DNA of 64,000 nucleotides from an uncultured delta proteobacterium (GCA_963803975.1 CAWDOY010000001.1:96001-160000); one strand, 5' to 3'; positions 20,851-32,288 are shown, counted from the first letter of the stretch. Notes: generated from the sequence alone by a model not told the origin. A program made the numbers and translations.

Positions 20851-22686
20851 ATGGGAAAATATTTCATAGTTTACAACCCGGCCACCTATGAGTTGATGAA
20901 CATAGACAGGGACAAATGCACGTCGCCTCTGGGGCTTATCACGTATCTCACGAATCGCGACGCGTCCCATCTCAACCAAGAGAACTATCTCGACTTCCTG
21001 TATTTTGATCTGCACAAACGCAGGGTCGGCATGGTGGAGACCTTCGGCATTGAGAACGGCGCTGCAATCTATATCGGCAATCAGATTGCAAGGCTGGCAC
21101 CCGACACCCAGGTGATCCAGGCGGATGACAACCGGGCGGCGCTGCGGGAAGCCATAGAGCGTCAGGGAACAAAGCCTGCCGCAGTGTTCATGACCTCTAT
21201 CAGCTCAAACTTTCCGGGCGCTGTTGCGGCAGCTATCGTTCTCAACCATGCCCATATTCCGGTGGTGCTGGGCGGGATTCATGTTTCCACATCCCCACAG
21301 GATGTAGATCTGTTTATACGTGCCTTCTGCCCCTATCCAGAGCTGGTCATTCAGGTACGGGGGCCCGGTGACTCCCCGGTAATCGGTGGCGTGCTGCGCG
21401 ACCTGGAGCAGGGAACGCTGCAGAGCCAGTACGAGGGCCACATCACGATTGAAAATGGGGTATGGAGGACGCCGGAGAATGTCCTGCCGCTGCCGCCGAT
21501 GTCAATGAGAACCCGCGGCAAAGTCTCCTTCATCGGGCAGTTTCTGGAGCATAAGGTGCGGCTGATCCCGGTGGCTCCGCTGCTCGGCTGCCCGTATTCC
21601 TGCAGCTTTTGCTCTGTATCCACTCTGCCCTTAGGTCAGCGGCGTCTTACCATGCGAACGCCCGGTGATTTTCTTGATGAATTGGAATCGTTACAGGATA
21701 CCAATGCCGACGTTACCTTCCCGATATTTTTGTTCTGCACGGACAATCTCCTTCTGGGAGGAAACGTGCTGGATGAGATGCTGGCAGGAATGATTGAGCG
21801 CAAGATAAAGGTGCCGTTCATGGCGCAGATTTCCATTGAGGTGGCGTCACATGAGGATCTGTTAAAACGCATGCGCCAGGCCGGGGCGCTGCTCTTCGAG
21901 ATCGGGTTTGAGAGTTTGGACATGCAAAACCTCGAACACATCAACAAGCACTGTGTACACGACATCAGGAAGAGCAAACTGTCCGTGCCTGAGTATTACG
22001 CACGGCAGATACAGAAAATACTGGACCACGGCATTGCCATTCAGGGCTCTTTCATATTCGGACTCCCCTTTGACCGGTTTGATTCGCTTGAAGATAATAC
22101 CGGAACCGAGGTTACGCAGTTCTGCCTGGACACGCACATCAGCTTGATGGCGGGCTGCTTCTGCGCCTCGCCCGGCGCGCCAGACTTTGAGGCAAGCCTT
22201 CAGGCGGGTACGTTCTTGTATGGCAGGCCCGGGACCATGGAGTATTTGCGGTCGTTATGCATTGCGGACCATTGTGAGATGAACACGCAGCCGCCGGAGG
22301 GCCTGAGAAAGAGCCCGCTTTTGGTGGCGATCATGGCCATTGAAGCTCTGCGGAGGGTAGGGATAAAACGCCGCAGTATAAGGAATGCGGCTTACATGGG
22401 GCGCAAGGCCTTTGCGTATCCCACGGCGCGTGGTCGTATTTCGTATCAGGGGCACGCGATGGACTATATAGCTGCATTTGCGAATCATCTCATCACAACC
22501 AGCCTGTACCGGGAACAGGGAGTGCGCCTGGCTACTTCACGGAACGGTCTTAGGGGAGTACTGGAGAGACTCTTTGAGGCAGAGAAGGACCCGGAAGTAC
22601 AGAAGCTCTGCAGAGATTATGTGGCGGGGTTCATCAAAAAGGAACGACAGCCGCTGATGCCGGAAACGATAGCTTCTCCAACCTAA
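20851..22686 (+). CDS. Radical SAM protein with an N-terminal B12-binding-like domain
   Basis: AAGGAGG RBS before ATG 20851. VVLGGIHVS, GCPYSCSFC (CX3CX2C), IGFESL, GSFIFGLP. Confidence 0.85.
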   Translation: MGKYFIVYNPATYELMNIDRDKCTSPLGLITYLTNRDASHLNQENYLDFLYFDLHKRRVGMVETFGIENGAAIYIGNQIARLAPDTQVIQADDNRAALREAIERQGTKPAAVFMTSISSNFPGAVAAAIVLNHAHIPVVLGGIHVSTSPQDVDLFIRAFCPYPELVIQVRGPGDSPVIGGVLRDLEQGTLQSQYEGHITIENGVWRTPENVLPLPPMSMRTRGKVSFIGQFLEHKVRLIPVAPLLGCPYSCSFCSVSTLPLGQRRLTMRTPGDFLDELESLQDTNADVTFPIFLFCTDNLLLGGNVLDEMLAGMIERKIKVPFMAQISIEVASHEDLLKRMRQAGALLFEIGFESLDMQNLEHINKHCVHDIRKSKLSVPEYYARQIQKILDHGIAIQGSFIFGLPFDRFDSLEDNTGTEVTQFCLDTHISLMAGCFCASPGAPDFEASLQAGTFLYGRPGTMEYLRSLCIADHCEMNTQPPEGLRKSPLLVAIMAIEALRRVGIKRRSIRNAAYMGRKAFAYPTARGRISYQGHAMDYIAAFANHLITTSLYREQGVRLATSRNGLRGVLERLFEAEKDPEVQKLCRDYVAGFIKKERQPLMPETIASPT

Positions 22687-22887
22687 AATGCGACACAAGG
22701 AGAATCAGTGCCCACGCCTGACGACTGCGCTTTCGCTGCGCCAGTAGAACAGAAAAAGGCACATGATGGCAGATAGTGACCCTGCATTTTCTTTTATCGT
22801 TTAGCACCTATATGTTAGTAGTGGTTAAAATGCGCGACTACTGCTATCTATTAGATTCTCATATTTATATAAAATAATTTAATTATC

Positions 22888-22915
22888 TTGACACAGACAT
22901 ATAAAGGCGTAAAAT
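22888..22915 (+). promoter_or_regulatory. Putative sigma70 promoter for the surface-protein gene
   Basis: TTGACA-16 nt-TAAAAT with AT-rich upstream sequence. Confidence 0.55.
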
Positions 22916-23034
22916 CGAATTAATGGCTATCCAACATAGCATAAATTTTATAAGGTTGTTACAAGAGGCAACAGCGATGGGTGCCGGGGTGATACTCTTT
23001 AAAAGCATAGTTGCCGAGTACTGTAAGAATAAGT

Positions 23035-23078
23035 AACCGTCATCAGCAGCAGACTATGCCTGAGACGGTTTTTTATTT
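23035..23078 (+). terminator. Intrinsic terminator-like hairpin inside the 5' leader (possible attenuator)
   Basis: AACCGTC(A)TCAG...CTGAGACGGTT followed by TTTTATTTT, about 100 nt upstream of ATG 23170. Confidence 0.5.
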
Positions 23079-23169
23079 TGCTCAAGGAACTGAGGAAAAA
23101 AATTAAAAAACTGACAGAGGTTTTGCATAGCAGCTTTATTCAACTGCTACTGTTTTTCAAGGAGGCGTT

Positions 23170-26100
23170 ATGAAGAAGACAAGAGTTATCTTCTTATTAT
23201 GCATAGGTATTGTTTTTGTTACTGGTAATGGATTTGCAGCAGACTGGTCTGCCATGACCAGCGGCACGACGAATAATCTCAATGGACTCTGGGGGAGTTC
23301 CGGCAGTGATGTTTTTGCCGTGGGTGACAGCGGCACCATCCTCCACTATGACGGCACTGCCTGGTCTGCTATGGCAAGTCCTACAACAGATAATCTCAAT
23401 AGCATCTGGGGCAGCTCTGCTACCCATGCATTTGCCGTGGGTGATAATGGCACCATCCTCCACTATGACGGCTTAAACTGGCTTACGGTACCAAGCACGA
23501 CAACAAATAATCTCAATAGTGTCTGGGGCAATTCAGACCAGTAATGTGCTTATGCAGTGGGTGATAACGGCACATTTCTTTACTACAATGGGAGCTGGTC
23601 TTCCCCCATGCCCCCTGGTACATTCAAAACCAATCTCAACGCTATCTGGGGTCTCTCAGGTTCAAATATTTTCGTAGTTGGCGATGGCGGCACCATAGGT
23701 CACTTTGGTGGCATTCCCGGCGGTTTCATGGACAGCGGGACGACTGAAAACCTCAAAGATATCTGGGGCCCCTCAAGCAATAGTGTTTATGCGGTGGGCA
23801 GCAATGGAACGTTTCTGATCTACAATGGGTATAGCTGGTCTGATCCCATGGCAGGTCTTTTTACCTTCAATTTCAATGCTATCTGGGGAAGTTCCGGTTC
23901 AGATATTTTCGTAGTTTGTGATGGTGGTGCCATAGGGCGTGTCGATGGCAGGACCCCGGGCGGGCAAATGGACAGCGGGACAACTGAAAACCTCAAAGAT
24001 ATCTGGGGCAGTTCAGGGCATGATGTTTTTGCTGTGGGAGAGAACGGGACCATACTGCACTACCACCCGGCATACTGCAGCGCTGTTAATCCGCAATATG
24101 GTTATAAAGGGCAAACCCTTGATGTAACAATTACTGGATTGAATACTAATTTTACAGATACTGACTCCATTGTTTCATTTGGCTGCAGTGGCATTACCAT
24201 TAACAGTACGACGGTTAGTTCTGCGACCCGGGTTACAGCCAATATTACCATTGCCCCTGATGCCCCGCCGGGAATTTGCGATGTGACAGTAACCACCGGC
24301 GAGGAGATCATCACCTGTACCGATGCATTTGCTTTGCAAGGCAGCATTTCGGGGACGGTGACTGACGCTGTAACGGGTGAGGCGCTCTCCGGCATAGAAG
24401 TGACGGTTTATGATGCAACAACTGGTAACTATGTATCATCCGGTTATACTGGCACTGACGGCACCTACACCGCAGGAAGGCTGCAAAGCGGGAGCTATAA
24501 AGTTCAGTTTCATGATCACAACGGCATTTACTTCGATGAATGGTATAATAACAAGGCAGATTTTTGCGCTGCATATGATGTAGCGGTAACAGCGCCCTCT
24601 ACCACGATTGTTAACGCTGCGCTTGATCGTGGCGGCAGCATTACCGGGACGGTGACTGACGCTGAAACAGGTGAGGCGCTCTCCGGCATAGCTGTGGCGG
24701 TATATGATGCAACTACTTATAGCTATGTATCATACGGTTATACTGGCACTGACGGCACCTACACCGCAGGAAGGCTGCAAAGCGGGAGCTATAAAGTTCA
24801 GTTTTATGCTAACAACGGCATTTACTTCGATGAATGGTATGATGACAAGGCAGATTTTTATACTGCAGATCTTGTATGGTTAACAGCGCCCTCTAACACG
24901 ACGGTTAATGCTGCGCTTGATCGTGGCGGCAGCATTATCGGGACGGTGACTGACGCTGAAACAGGGGAGGCGCTCTCCGGCATCTATGTGGAGGTATATG
25001 ATGCAACTACTTATAGCTCTGTATCATCCGGTTATACTGGCACTGACGGCACCTACACCGCAGGAAGGCTGCGAAGCGGGAGCTATAAAGTTCAGTTTCG
25101 TGCTGACAACGGCATTCACGCCAGTGAATGGTATGATGACCAGGCAGATTTTGAAAGTGCAGATCCTGTATGGTTAACAGCGCCCTCTAACACGACGGTT
25201 AATGCTGCGCTTGGTCATGGCGGCAGCATCACCGGGACGGTGACTGACGCTGAAACAGGGGAGGCGCTCTCCGGCATCTATGTGAACGTACATGATGCAA
25301 CTACTGGTAACTCTGTATCATACGGTATATACTGGCACTGACGGCACCTACACCGCAGGGGGGCTGCAAAGCGGGAGCTATAAAGTTCAGTTTCATGCTT
25401 ACAACGGCATTTACTTCAGTGAATGGTATGATAACAAGGCAGATTTTTATACTGCAGATCTTGTATGGTTAACAGCGCCCTCTAACACGACTGTTAATGC
25501 TGCGCTTGATCGTGGCGGCAGCATCACCGGGACGGTGACTGACGCTGCAACGGGGGAGGCGCTCTCCGGCATCTATGTGAAGGTATATGATGCAACTACT
25601 GGTAACTCTGTATCATACGGTTATACTGGCACTGACGGCACCTACACCGCAGGAAGGCTGCGAAGCGGGAGCTATAAAGTTCAGTTTCATGCTGACAACG
25701 GCATTTACGCCAGTGAATGGTATGATAACAAGGCAGATTTTGAAAGTGCAGATCTTGTATGGTTAACAGCGCCCTCTAACACGACTGTTAATGCTGCGCT
25801 TGATCGTGGCGGCAGCATTACCGGGACGGTGACTGACGCTGCAACGGGGGAGGCGCTCTCCGGCATAGATGTGGCGGTTTATGATGCAACAACTGGTAAC
25901 TATGTATCATACGGTTATACTGGCACTGACGGCACCTACACCGCAGGGGGGCTGCGAAGCGGGAGCTATAAAGTTCGGTTTTATGATTACAACGGCATTT
26001 ACCAGAGTGAATGGTATGATGACAAGGCAGATTTTGAAAGTGCAGATCTTGTATGGTTAACAGCGCCCTCTAACACGACCGTTATTAATGCTGCGCTTGG

Positions 26101-27235
26101 TCGCGGCGGCAGCATTACCGGGAGAGTGACGGGAGCGAATGGATCTGGAATATCCGGTTCAATAGGGGTGTATGATACTGATCACCAACAGATAGCATGG
26201 GGTTATACAGATGAAAACGGTTATTACACGGTGGGCCTTCCAAACGGAATCTATAAAGTAGTTTTTTACGGCCTTTGCGGAGAGGCATGGTATAATAACA
26301 AGAACAACTTCGACAACGCTGATACAGTACTGGTAACAGCCCCAAATCCTACAACAGGTATAGACATAGTATATCCGCCGACATCTGCAAATGACAGTGA
26401 TGGTGACGGTGTGCCGGATACTATCGACAACTGTCCCAACACAGCAAATCCTGACCAGAAAGATTCTGATGGTGATGGGGTCGGTGATGCATGCGATGGC
26501 TGCCCGAATGACCCATTAAAGACAGCCCCCGGTATATGCGGCTGTGGCGTAGCAGATACTGACAGTGATGGTGATGGAACACCGGACTGTATTGACAAAT
26601 GTCCCGCTGATCCGAAGAAGACAGATCCTGGAATTTGCGGCTGCGGCGTAGCTGATACTGACAGTGATGGTGATGGGGTGCCGGACTGCATTGACAAATG
26701 TCCCACTGACCCCAAGAAGACTGACCCGGGGACCTGCGGCTGTGGCGTAGCTGATACTGACACTGACGCAGACGGAGTACCGGACTGCAAGGACAACTGC
26801 AAGACTACCTCAAATCCAGATCAGAAAGATTCAGATGGAGATGGTATTGGCGATGCCTGCGAGCAGCCGACTCAATCATACCTGCCATTGGCAGTTGCAG
26901 CAATAGATGATGCGGTTAATCTGGAAACTCAGGCAAAAGATACCATGAAAAGTTCTGCTATTACCGTGCTGAAGGCTTTGCTTGAAAGTTCAAAAACAAA
27001 GATAGGAGAAGCATTAACCAGCATCGCAAAAGCAAAACAGAATGGCGAGCTGAGCAAACTAACCAGGGCAGATATAGTTACTGCTCAGTACTCACTTGAG
27101 ACTGCCAGGGCATTAGATAGCACAGCGATAAGTCTGCTGAAAAAGGATAGCAGTCAAACAAGGAAAGCTGCCCAGGAATTGATAAAGGCTGCCATCTCCC
27201 TAAAATTGTCAGCCAAGAAAATTATAACGAAATAA
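23170..27235 (+). CDS. Large secreted/surface protein: beta-propeller-like repeats, IPT/Ig-like domain, 7 carboxypeptidase-regulatory-like repeats, TSP3-like Ca-binding repeats (interrupted at ~23542 and ~25327)
   Basis: Signal peptide; repeated WGSSGSDVFAVGDxGTILHY; repeated GSITGTVTDA..G..LSGI; DSDGDGVPD..DxCP repeats. Comparison with sister repeats shows the breaks are small insertions. Confidence 0.88.
24340..26107 (+). repeat. Six near-identical intragenic tandem repeats of 294 bp (98 aa), followed by a seventh degenerate copy to ~26370
   Basis: Unit starts (GGCAGCAT) at 24340, 24634, 24928, 25222, 25517, 25811 and 26108. Unit 4 is 295 bp and unit 6 is 297 bp. Confidence 0.95.
26392..26860 (+). 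repeat. Thrombospondin type-3-like repeats, ~99-bp (33-aa) units
   Basis: DSDGDGTPDCIDKCPADPKKTDPGICGCGVADT-like unit repeated about 3 times, with flanking DNCP/DACE units. Confidence 0.85.
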
Positions 27236-27254
27236 ACAGCATAGAGAAATTAGT

Positions 27255-27295
27255 AACCAGAGGCAGGGTCAGCAGTGGCTCTGCCTCTGGTTTTT
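27255..27295 (+). terminator. Rho-independent terminator of the surface-protein gene
   Basis: AACCAGAGGCAGGG...CTCTGCCTCTGGTTTTT, 20 nt after the stop codon. Confidence 0.85.
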
Positions 27296-27369
27296 ATCTA
27301 TAGGTAGCGGCTGAGCATTATTCACAAAAAGTCACTCTTTGCTGCCGTAAAAACTCGCGACTGATGCTG

Positions 27370-28551
27370 CTATTTTATAAGATAACCTTTCATCCTCTGC
27401 AGGGCTTCCTCAATATTCTCTTTTGAGTTCGCGTAGGTGAAGCGCAGATAGCCTTCGGCGTTCTTGCCAAAATCAATCCCCGGCGTGCAGCCGACTCCCG
27501 CACCCTCAAGGATATCATAGGCAAGCTTGAGTGAGTTTCCCCCAAAGCGTTTGGCATTGGCCAGAATGTAGAAAGCTCCGGTCGGCTCGACGGCAATGCC
27601 GAAGCCCAGTGCACGCAGTCCATCCAGCAGCACCATGCGCCGCTCATTATAGAGCGCCTTCATCTCTTCCACCTCTTTTTGGCACTCTCTGAGAGCAGTG
27701 AGTGCTGCCCTTTGGACAAATGAGTTTGCAGAGATGAAGAAATTCTGATGCAGGGTCTGCAGCGCCCGCATGTACTTAAGCGGCGCAATCAAATAGCCGA
27801 TGCGCCAGCCGGTCATGGCATAGAGCTTGGAAAAACCGTTAATGACAAAGGCATTGTCAGTATATTCAAGGATGCTGTGCTCTTTTTCTTCTCCGTAAAC
27901 CAGTCCGTGGTAAATTTCATCTGAGATTATGCAGGGGCCCAGACCGCTCAGCTCCGCGAGAGTTTTTCCGGAAATTACGGTCCCCGCGGGATTTGACGGG
28001 GAGTTAACGATGAGCGCTTTGGTGTTTTCGGTAAGAGCCTGCGTGACTTTATCAACCGTATACTGAAATCCATCCTGTTCATCGACGTTAACGTATTGCG
28101 GTTGCGCCCCGACATAACAGAGGAAATTGGGATAGCAGGGATAGTGGGGGTCGGAAAGGATGACTTCATCTCCCCGGTTAAGAAGCACCGAGCAGATGAG
28201 AAGCATGGCGGGCGATGTGCCTGAGGTTATGACGACGCGGTCGGCCGTAATGCTCACGCCGTATTTCTCAAAATAATGCTCGCAGATTGCCTCGCGCAGC
28301 TCCAGCAATCCCAGGCTGTGGGTGTAGCGGGGCCGGGTTTCCTGAAGCGACCTCATGCAGGCCTCTTTGATGCGCAGCGGCGTGTCAAAATCAGGCTCGC
28401 CGATCTCAAGGTGTATGATGTGTTTACCTGCTGCTTCAAGCTGCTGCGCCCGCTCCATTATTTCCATGGCAAGAAACGGCTTCAGGCATTGAATGTGGGA
28501 CGGAAGGCTTACTTCGTTCTGTTTTTCTATCAGGCATACGGCCTCTTGCAA
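27370..28551 (-). CDS. Class I/II PLP aminotransferase (aspartate aminotransferase-like)
   Basis: LEIGEPDF, NSPSNPAG, ISDEIYHGL, GFSKLYAMTGWRIG. Exact start is uncertain. Confidence 0.93.
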   Translation of the reverse strand: MQEAVCLIEKQNEVSLPSHIQCLKPFLAMEIMERAQQLEAAGKHIIHLEIGEPDFDTPLRIKEACMRSLQETRPRYTHSLGLLELREAICEHYFEKYGVSITADRVVITSGTSPAMLLICSVLLNRGDEVILSDPHYPCYPNFLCYVGAQPQYVNVDEQDGFQYTVDKVTQALTENTKALIVNSPSNPAGTVISGKTLAELSGLGPCIISDEIYHGLVYGEEKEHSILEYTDNAFVINGFSKLYAMTGWRIGYLIAPLKYMRALQTLHQNFFISANSFVQRAALTALRECQKEVEEMKALYNERRMVLLDGLRALGFGIAVEPTGAFYILANAKRFGGNSLKLAYDILEGAGVGCTPGIDFGKNAEGYLRFTYANSKENIEEALQRMKGYLIK

Positions 28552-28635
28552 TTGTTTCTCTCTGTAGAGTATGATACTTTCTAAATCCAGACTCTGTCAG
28601 GAGCAGATTAACAGGATTTATTTTCTTTTACAATT

Positions 28636-30071
28636 ATGAAAGTACTGCTTGCCTATCTCTGCCATTACCAGGACCGGCATGATTATTTTCTCTCCCTGAT
28701 GCCGGTGGGGCTGGTGTCAATAGCCGCGTGTCTCGAGAAAGAGGGCCATGATGTAACGCTTGCCAATTTCTCTTCCGCTGGTCTTCGTAAAGCTCTCAAG
28801 CAGATTGTGGACATAAAGCCTCGAGTGATCGGGCTCTCGCTTTTTACCCATAACCGGGTTGACACGTTGAAGCTCATTCAGGAGATACGGAAAGCTTTGC
28901 CCTCTGCAGTCATTGTGCTGGGCGGCCCTCATGCAACATTTCTTGCTGAAAAGATTATCAGGCGTTATCCGGCGGTTGATTATATAATTCAAGGTGAGGG
29001 TGAAGGGCCTTTTTCTAAACTGCTGAAGAAGTTTGCCGCGGGAAAGAAGCCTGCAGATAAAATTATTTCTCGCGGAGACAGTTGATAGCCTTGATGACCT
29101 GCCGGCTCCCGGGCAATTCTCCGGAAAGCTCGTTGGTGTTAATCCCGCTGACCAGTTTCAGTTTATCATCACCTCCCGCGGCTGCCCGCATGAGTGCGTG
29201 TTCTGTTCTTCGCCTAAGTTCTGGCAGCGAACGGGTCCGCTACCGCAGCCCGGAAAGCATATTCCGCGAAATTAAATATCTCTATGACCGCTACGGCATC
29301 ATCTATTTTTCCGTGCGGGATGATAACTTTACCCTGAGTAAAAAGCGGGTCCTGAAATTTACCCGGCTTCTGCGCAACAGCGGCATGTATATCATGTGGA
29401 ACTGCCAGGGCCGGGTGGACACGGTGGATGAGGAGATGCTCGTCGCCATGAAAAGGGCAGGGCTTGAGCATATTCAGTACGGGGTAGAGTCCGGGTCAGA
29501 AAAAATTCTCAGTCAGTATGCCAAGCACATAACGCTCAAGCAGATAGAACATGCCGCGGCCATAACAAGAAGGGTGGGGGTCTATCTTTCCATTTATCTC
29601 ATGACCGGCATGGAAGGAGAAACACAGCGCGACACTGATGCAACCAGGGCTTTAATAAAAAGAGTTCTCCCGTCAGATGGTATCGTGTCGCCGGTGGCCC
29701 TGTACCCGGGGACCGCGCTGTATGAGCAGGCAAAGAACGAGAGACTGGTGAGTGATGCTGTCTGGTTTGAAAATAAAAACGCAGGCGTTTTTCTCAGGGA
29801 TGACGGGCAGGTAAAGAGATGGATGAATGAGCTCCTCTCCGAACTCGCTTCAATCAAGAAAAAATCTCAATATCGGGAAGAAGATTTCAGGAAGCACCGG
29901 CAGGTTGTTGGTGATGACTGCTGGGTTACGGATATCATGGAAGGTGATTATTCTCTTACGAGAAGGCGCTATCGGAATGCTGAGGAATGCTACCGCAGGG
30001 TTATTACAAAATATCCTCAGAATCCCTGGGGACATTTGAGAATGGATACATTGAAATTGAATAGTTGCTAA
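28636..30071 (+). CDS. B12-binding radical SAM protein with a C-terminal TPR-like segment (frameshifted near 29075 and 29230)
   Basis: VLGGPHATF, GEGE, TSRGCPHECVFC, RDDNF, YGVESGS, spread over three overlapping ORFs. Confidence 0.88.
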
Positions 30072-30134
30072 ATGCGCTGACCCTTATTTGCCACCAAGCC
30101 TTGTGGTAACTGACCGCGTCAGGCACCGGCACCC

Positions 30135-31235
30135 TTAGAAGTCCCAAACGTCCCCGTAGCGGAGCTCGTTATTGGCCAGCATCTCGGGTATCATGGCCTC
30201 GATCTCGGCGTCAGAATGTCCCCTCAAACTCACCAAGCGCGGGGACCAGCTCAGGGTAGCCTTGTAGAGGCCGGACGCACGGCATGTATCCACGTAGCGC
30301 ATAAGGCTTGTTTCACTGGTATCACCGTCCCGCACTGCAACGGCGGCGGCCTCACCGGCGTGACGGCCAGAGACAATCCCGTGGGTAATGCTGGTGAAAC
30401 CGGCGGCGTCACCCACCAGTATCAGGCTGGACTTAACGGGCCTCTCCAGTTTGACACTGGCCGCGGAACCCACCATGTTGCCGAAGATCTGAACCGGACG
30501 CGCGTCCTTGAATTTACGCCCGGCGAAGGAGTCGCCGCTCAAGAGCTGATGGTACCCCTTCATACTCCCGAAGCCCATGAGCCCCGAATGCTGATTTTTG
30601 GTCCAGAGGACGCTGATGCCCATCTCGAAAGCCGCGCCCAGGTAGGTCTCGATCACGCCGGGATCGAGGTCGCGAATGCCCACCAGATCCACCAGGAAGC
30701 CGCCGAAAGAGGTCTCGCCGGGCTGGGTGAGCCCTTCCTGCTTGGGGATTCCGGAAAGTCTGCCCTTGGTGCCTGAAGCGGCGATCACCACCTGGCCGTG
30801 CACCACCGGCATATCGCCTGAGGCCGTGGTCACGCCCCGGATACGGTCCTTCTCTTTATAGAGGCCGGTGACCCGTGTATTCAAAACGATCTCGGCTCCG
30901 GCCAGTGCTGCCTGCCGCGCAAGCTCCCGGTCAAACTCGTCACGTTGCACCTGGTAGACGCTGCCGGGCGGCAGCGCTGTCTCCTTGATTACCCTGCCGG
31001 AGGGCGCGAAATAGCGGCGGCTCCGGTATTCGCAGACGATGACACGCGGGTCCAGGTCCTCGAGGATTTCCCGCGTGAAGCTGGAGCTATGGAGCCTGCC
31101 GGGGCAGTGTCGCGGGGCCCCGATGACCGGGTGCTCCTCGATCATTATAACACTGGCACCTTGCCGACTCGCTGCTTTGGCCGCGGCGCAGCCCGCTGGC
31201 CCGGCACCGACCACGATAACGTCATATTCTTTCAT
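30135..31235 (-). CDS. NAD(P)/FAD-dependent oxidoreductase, geranylgeranyl-reductase-like
   Basis: YDVIVVGAGPAG, RDEFDRELA, LVGDAAG. Confidence 0.88.
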   Translation of the reverse strand: MKEYDVIVVGAGPAGCAAAKAASRQGASVIMIEEHPVIGAPRHCPGRLHSSSFTREILEDLDPRVIVCEYRSRRYFAPSGRVIKETALPPGSVYQVQRDEFDRELARQAALAGAEIVLNTRVTGLYKEKDRIRGVTTASGDMPVVHGQVVIAASGTKGRLSGIPKQEGLTQPGETSFGGFLVDLVGIRDLDPGVIETYLGAAFEMGISVLWTKNQHSGLMGFGSMKGYHQLLSGDSFAGRKFKDARPVQIFGNMVGSAASVKLERPVKSSLILVGDAAGFTSITHGIVSGRHAGEAAAVAVRDGDTSETSLMRYVDTCRASGLYKATLSWSPRLVSLRGHSDAEIEAMIPEMLANNELRYGDVWDF

Positions 31236-31380
31236 TGCTACACCCCTTCTGGTTTTACAACTCCTGGTCCCAATTGATAATTATTGATATTGATCTGGAC
31301 TGCACCCCATTAATTGTTTTTTATGATCAGCCGGTACTATCGATTCAAACTCCTCCGGGGCAATAAAAAATCAAATTGGT

Positions 31381-32288
31381 TTAAATATTAAGGTGCCAGT
31401 AAAAAAGTATGATTGACGTGGCAATCGCTGCGTTGAGGGATTCTATCTCTCCGCTTATGGGGATAGAAATTGAGCTGGCTTTCAGAGCTTCCGGGATTCC
31501 CTGCCCTTCGAGTCCGGGCAGCAGAATGAATTTCGCAGGGAAGTGAAAAGACTCTATTGGCGTTCCCGCCATATCAAGAGCGATAATATTCAGCTTGCGC
31601 TGGTCACAAATTGTTTTCAGTTCATTGATAGACGGGCCTCTGCATAAATGAGCATTATACGACCTCTGTTCCCCCTCCTCTTTAATCTCCTCCCGCCAGG
31701 GGAGGGAGAGAACAGTTCCCTCTCCCTTGTTGCAGATATTGCTTGCGATGATGGGAGCGGGGCAGGGTGAGGGTGTATAAATCTAAAGACTGCTCCGGCT
31801 GATGCCCTGATGCTTCTGGGGTGAAAGGGATGTGCCGCCTCTTTGAGCATGATGATTTTTCTTACGCCGAACCCGGCGGCAGAGCGAATGACCGCGCCAA
31901 CATTCACCGGGTCCTGAAACGGAATTAATAGATTGCAGCCTTCTGCAAGGCCGTAATCCCATTCAGGCAGGTCCGGAATTTGAATGACGAGCAGCGGGGC
32001 ATTGGTGTTGAAAGTGTCAAGCTCGTTGTAGAGATGCTTCTTTAAGGTATAGAGGAAGCCTGCGTCAGCGAAGCTTGCACAATGGCTTGCATCTCGCGGT
32101 CTTCATCAGCGTAGCGCTCATAGATTATGAGCGAGCACAGAGGCTGGCGAGCGCATGGCGCAATTTCCTTTATCAGTTTTTTCCCCGACAATGATTACTC
32201 TGCCGTATTTGCTCACGCCGTCAATAGCGGTTAATTTTTTAAACTCCTTGAAGTGCTTGTTGTCTTTTGATTCGATAATCATCTTCAT
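31381..32288 (-). pseudogene. TrmH/SpoU-family RNA methyltransferase disrupted by a MITE and by additional frameshifts
   Basis: MKMIIESKDNKHFK..., PFQDPVNVGAVIRSAAGFG, HPRSIRASAG, GLEGQG, IESLNAAIA. Confidence 0.85.
31656..31779. mobile_element. 122-bp MITE/REP-like insertion with a TA duplication inside the TrmH gene
   Basis: Ends TATACGACCTC / GAGGGTGTATA form an imperfect IR. Internal CCCTCTCCC...GGGAG..GGG..GGGTGAGGG palindromes. Removing it restores the reading frame. Confidence 0.85.

Noticed and set aside
23542..23544. In-frame TAA as programmed read-through or a two-gene split
   Set aside because: Sister repeats (WGPSSNSVYAVG) show three extra bases around this site, so the stop arises from local insertions.
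24340..26370. Tandem repeats as a CRISPR array or DGR template/variable region
   Set aside because: The units are 294-bp in-frame coding repeats with no spacers. Differences are not adenine-specific, and no cas or reverse transcriptase gene is present.
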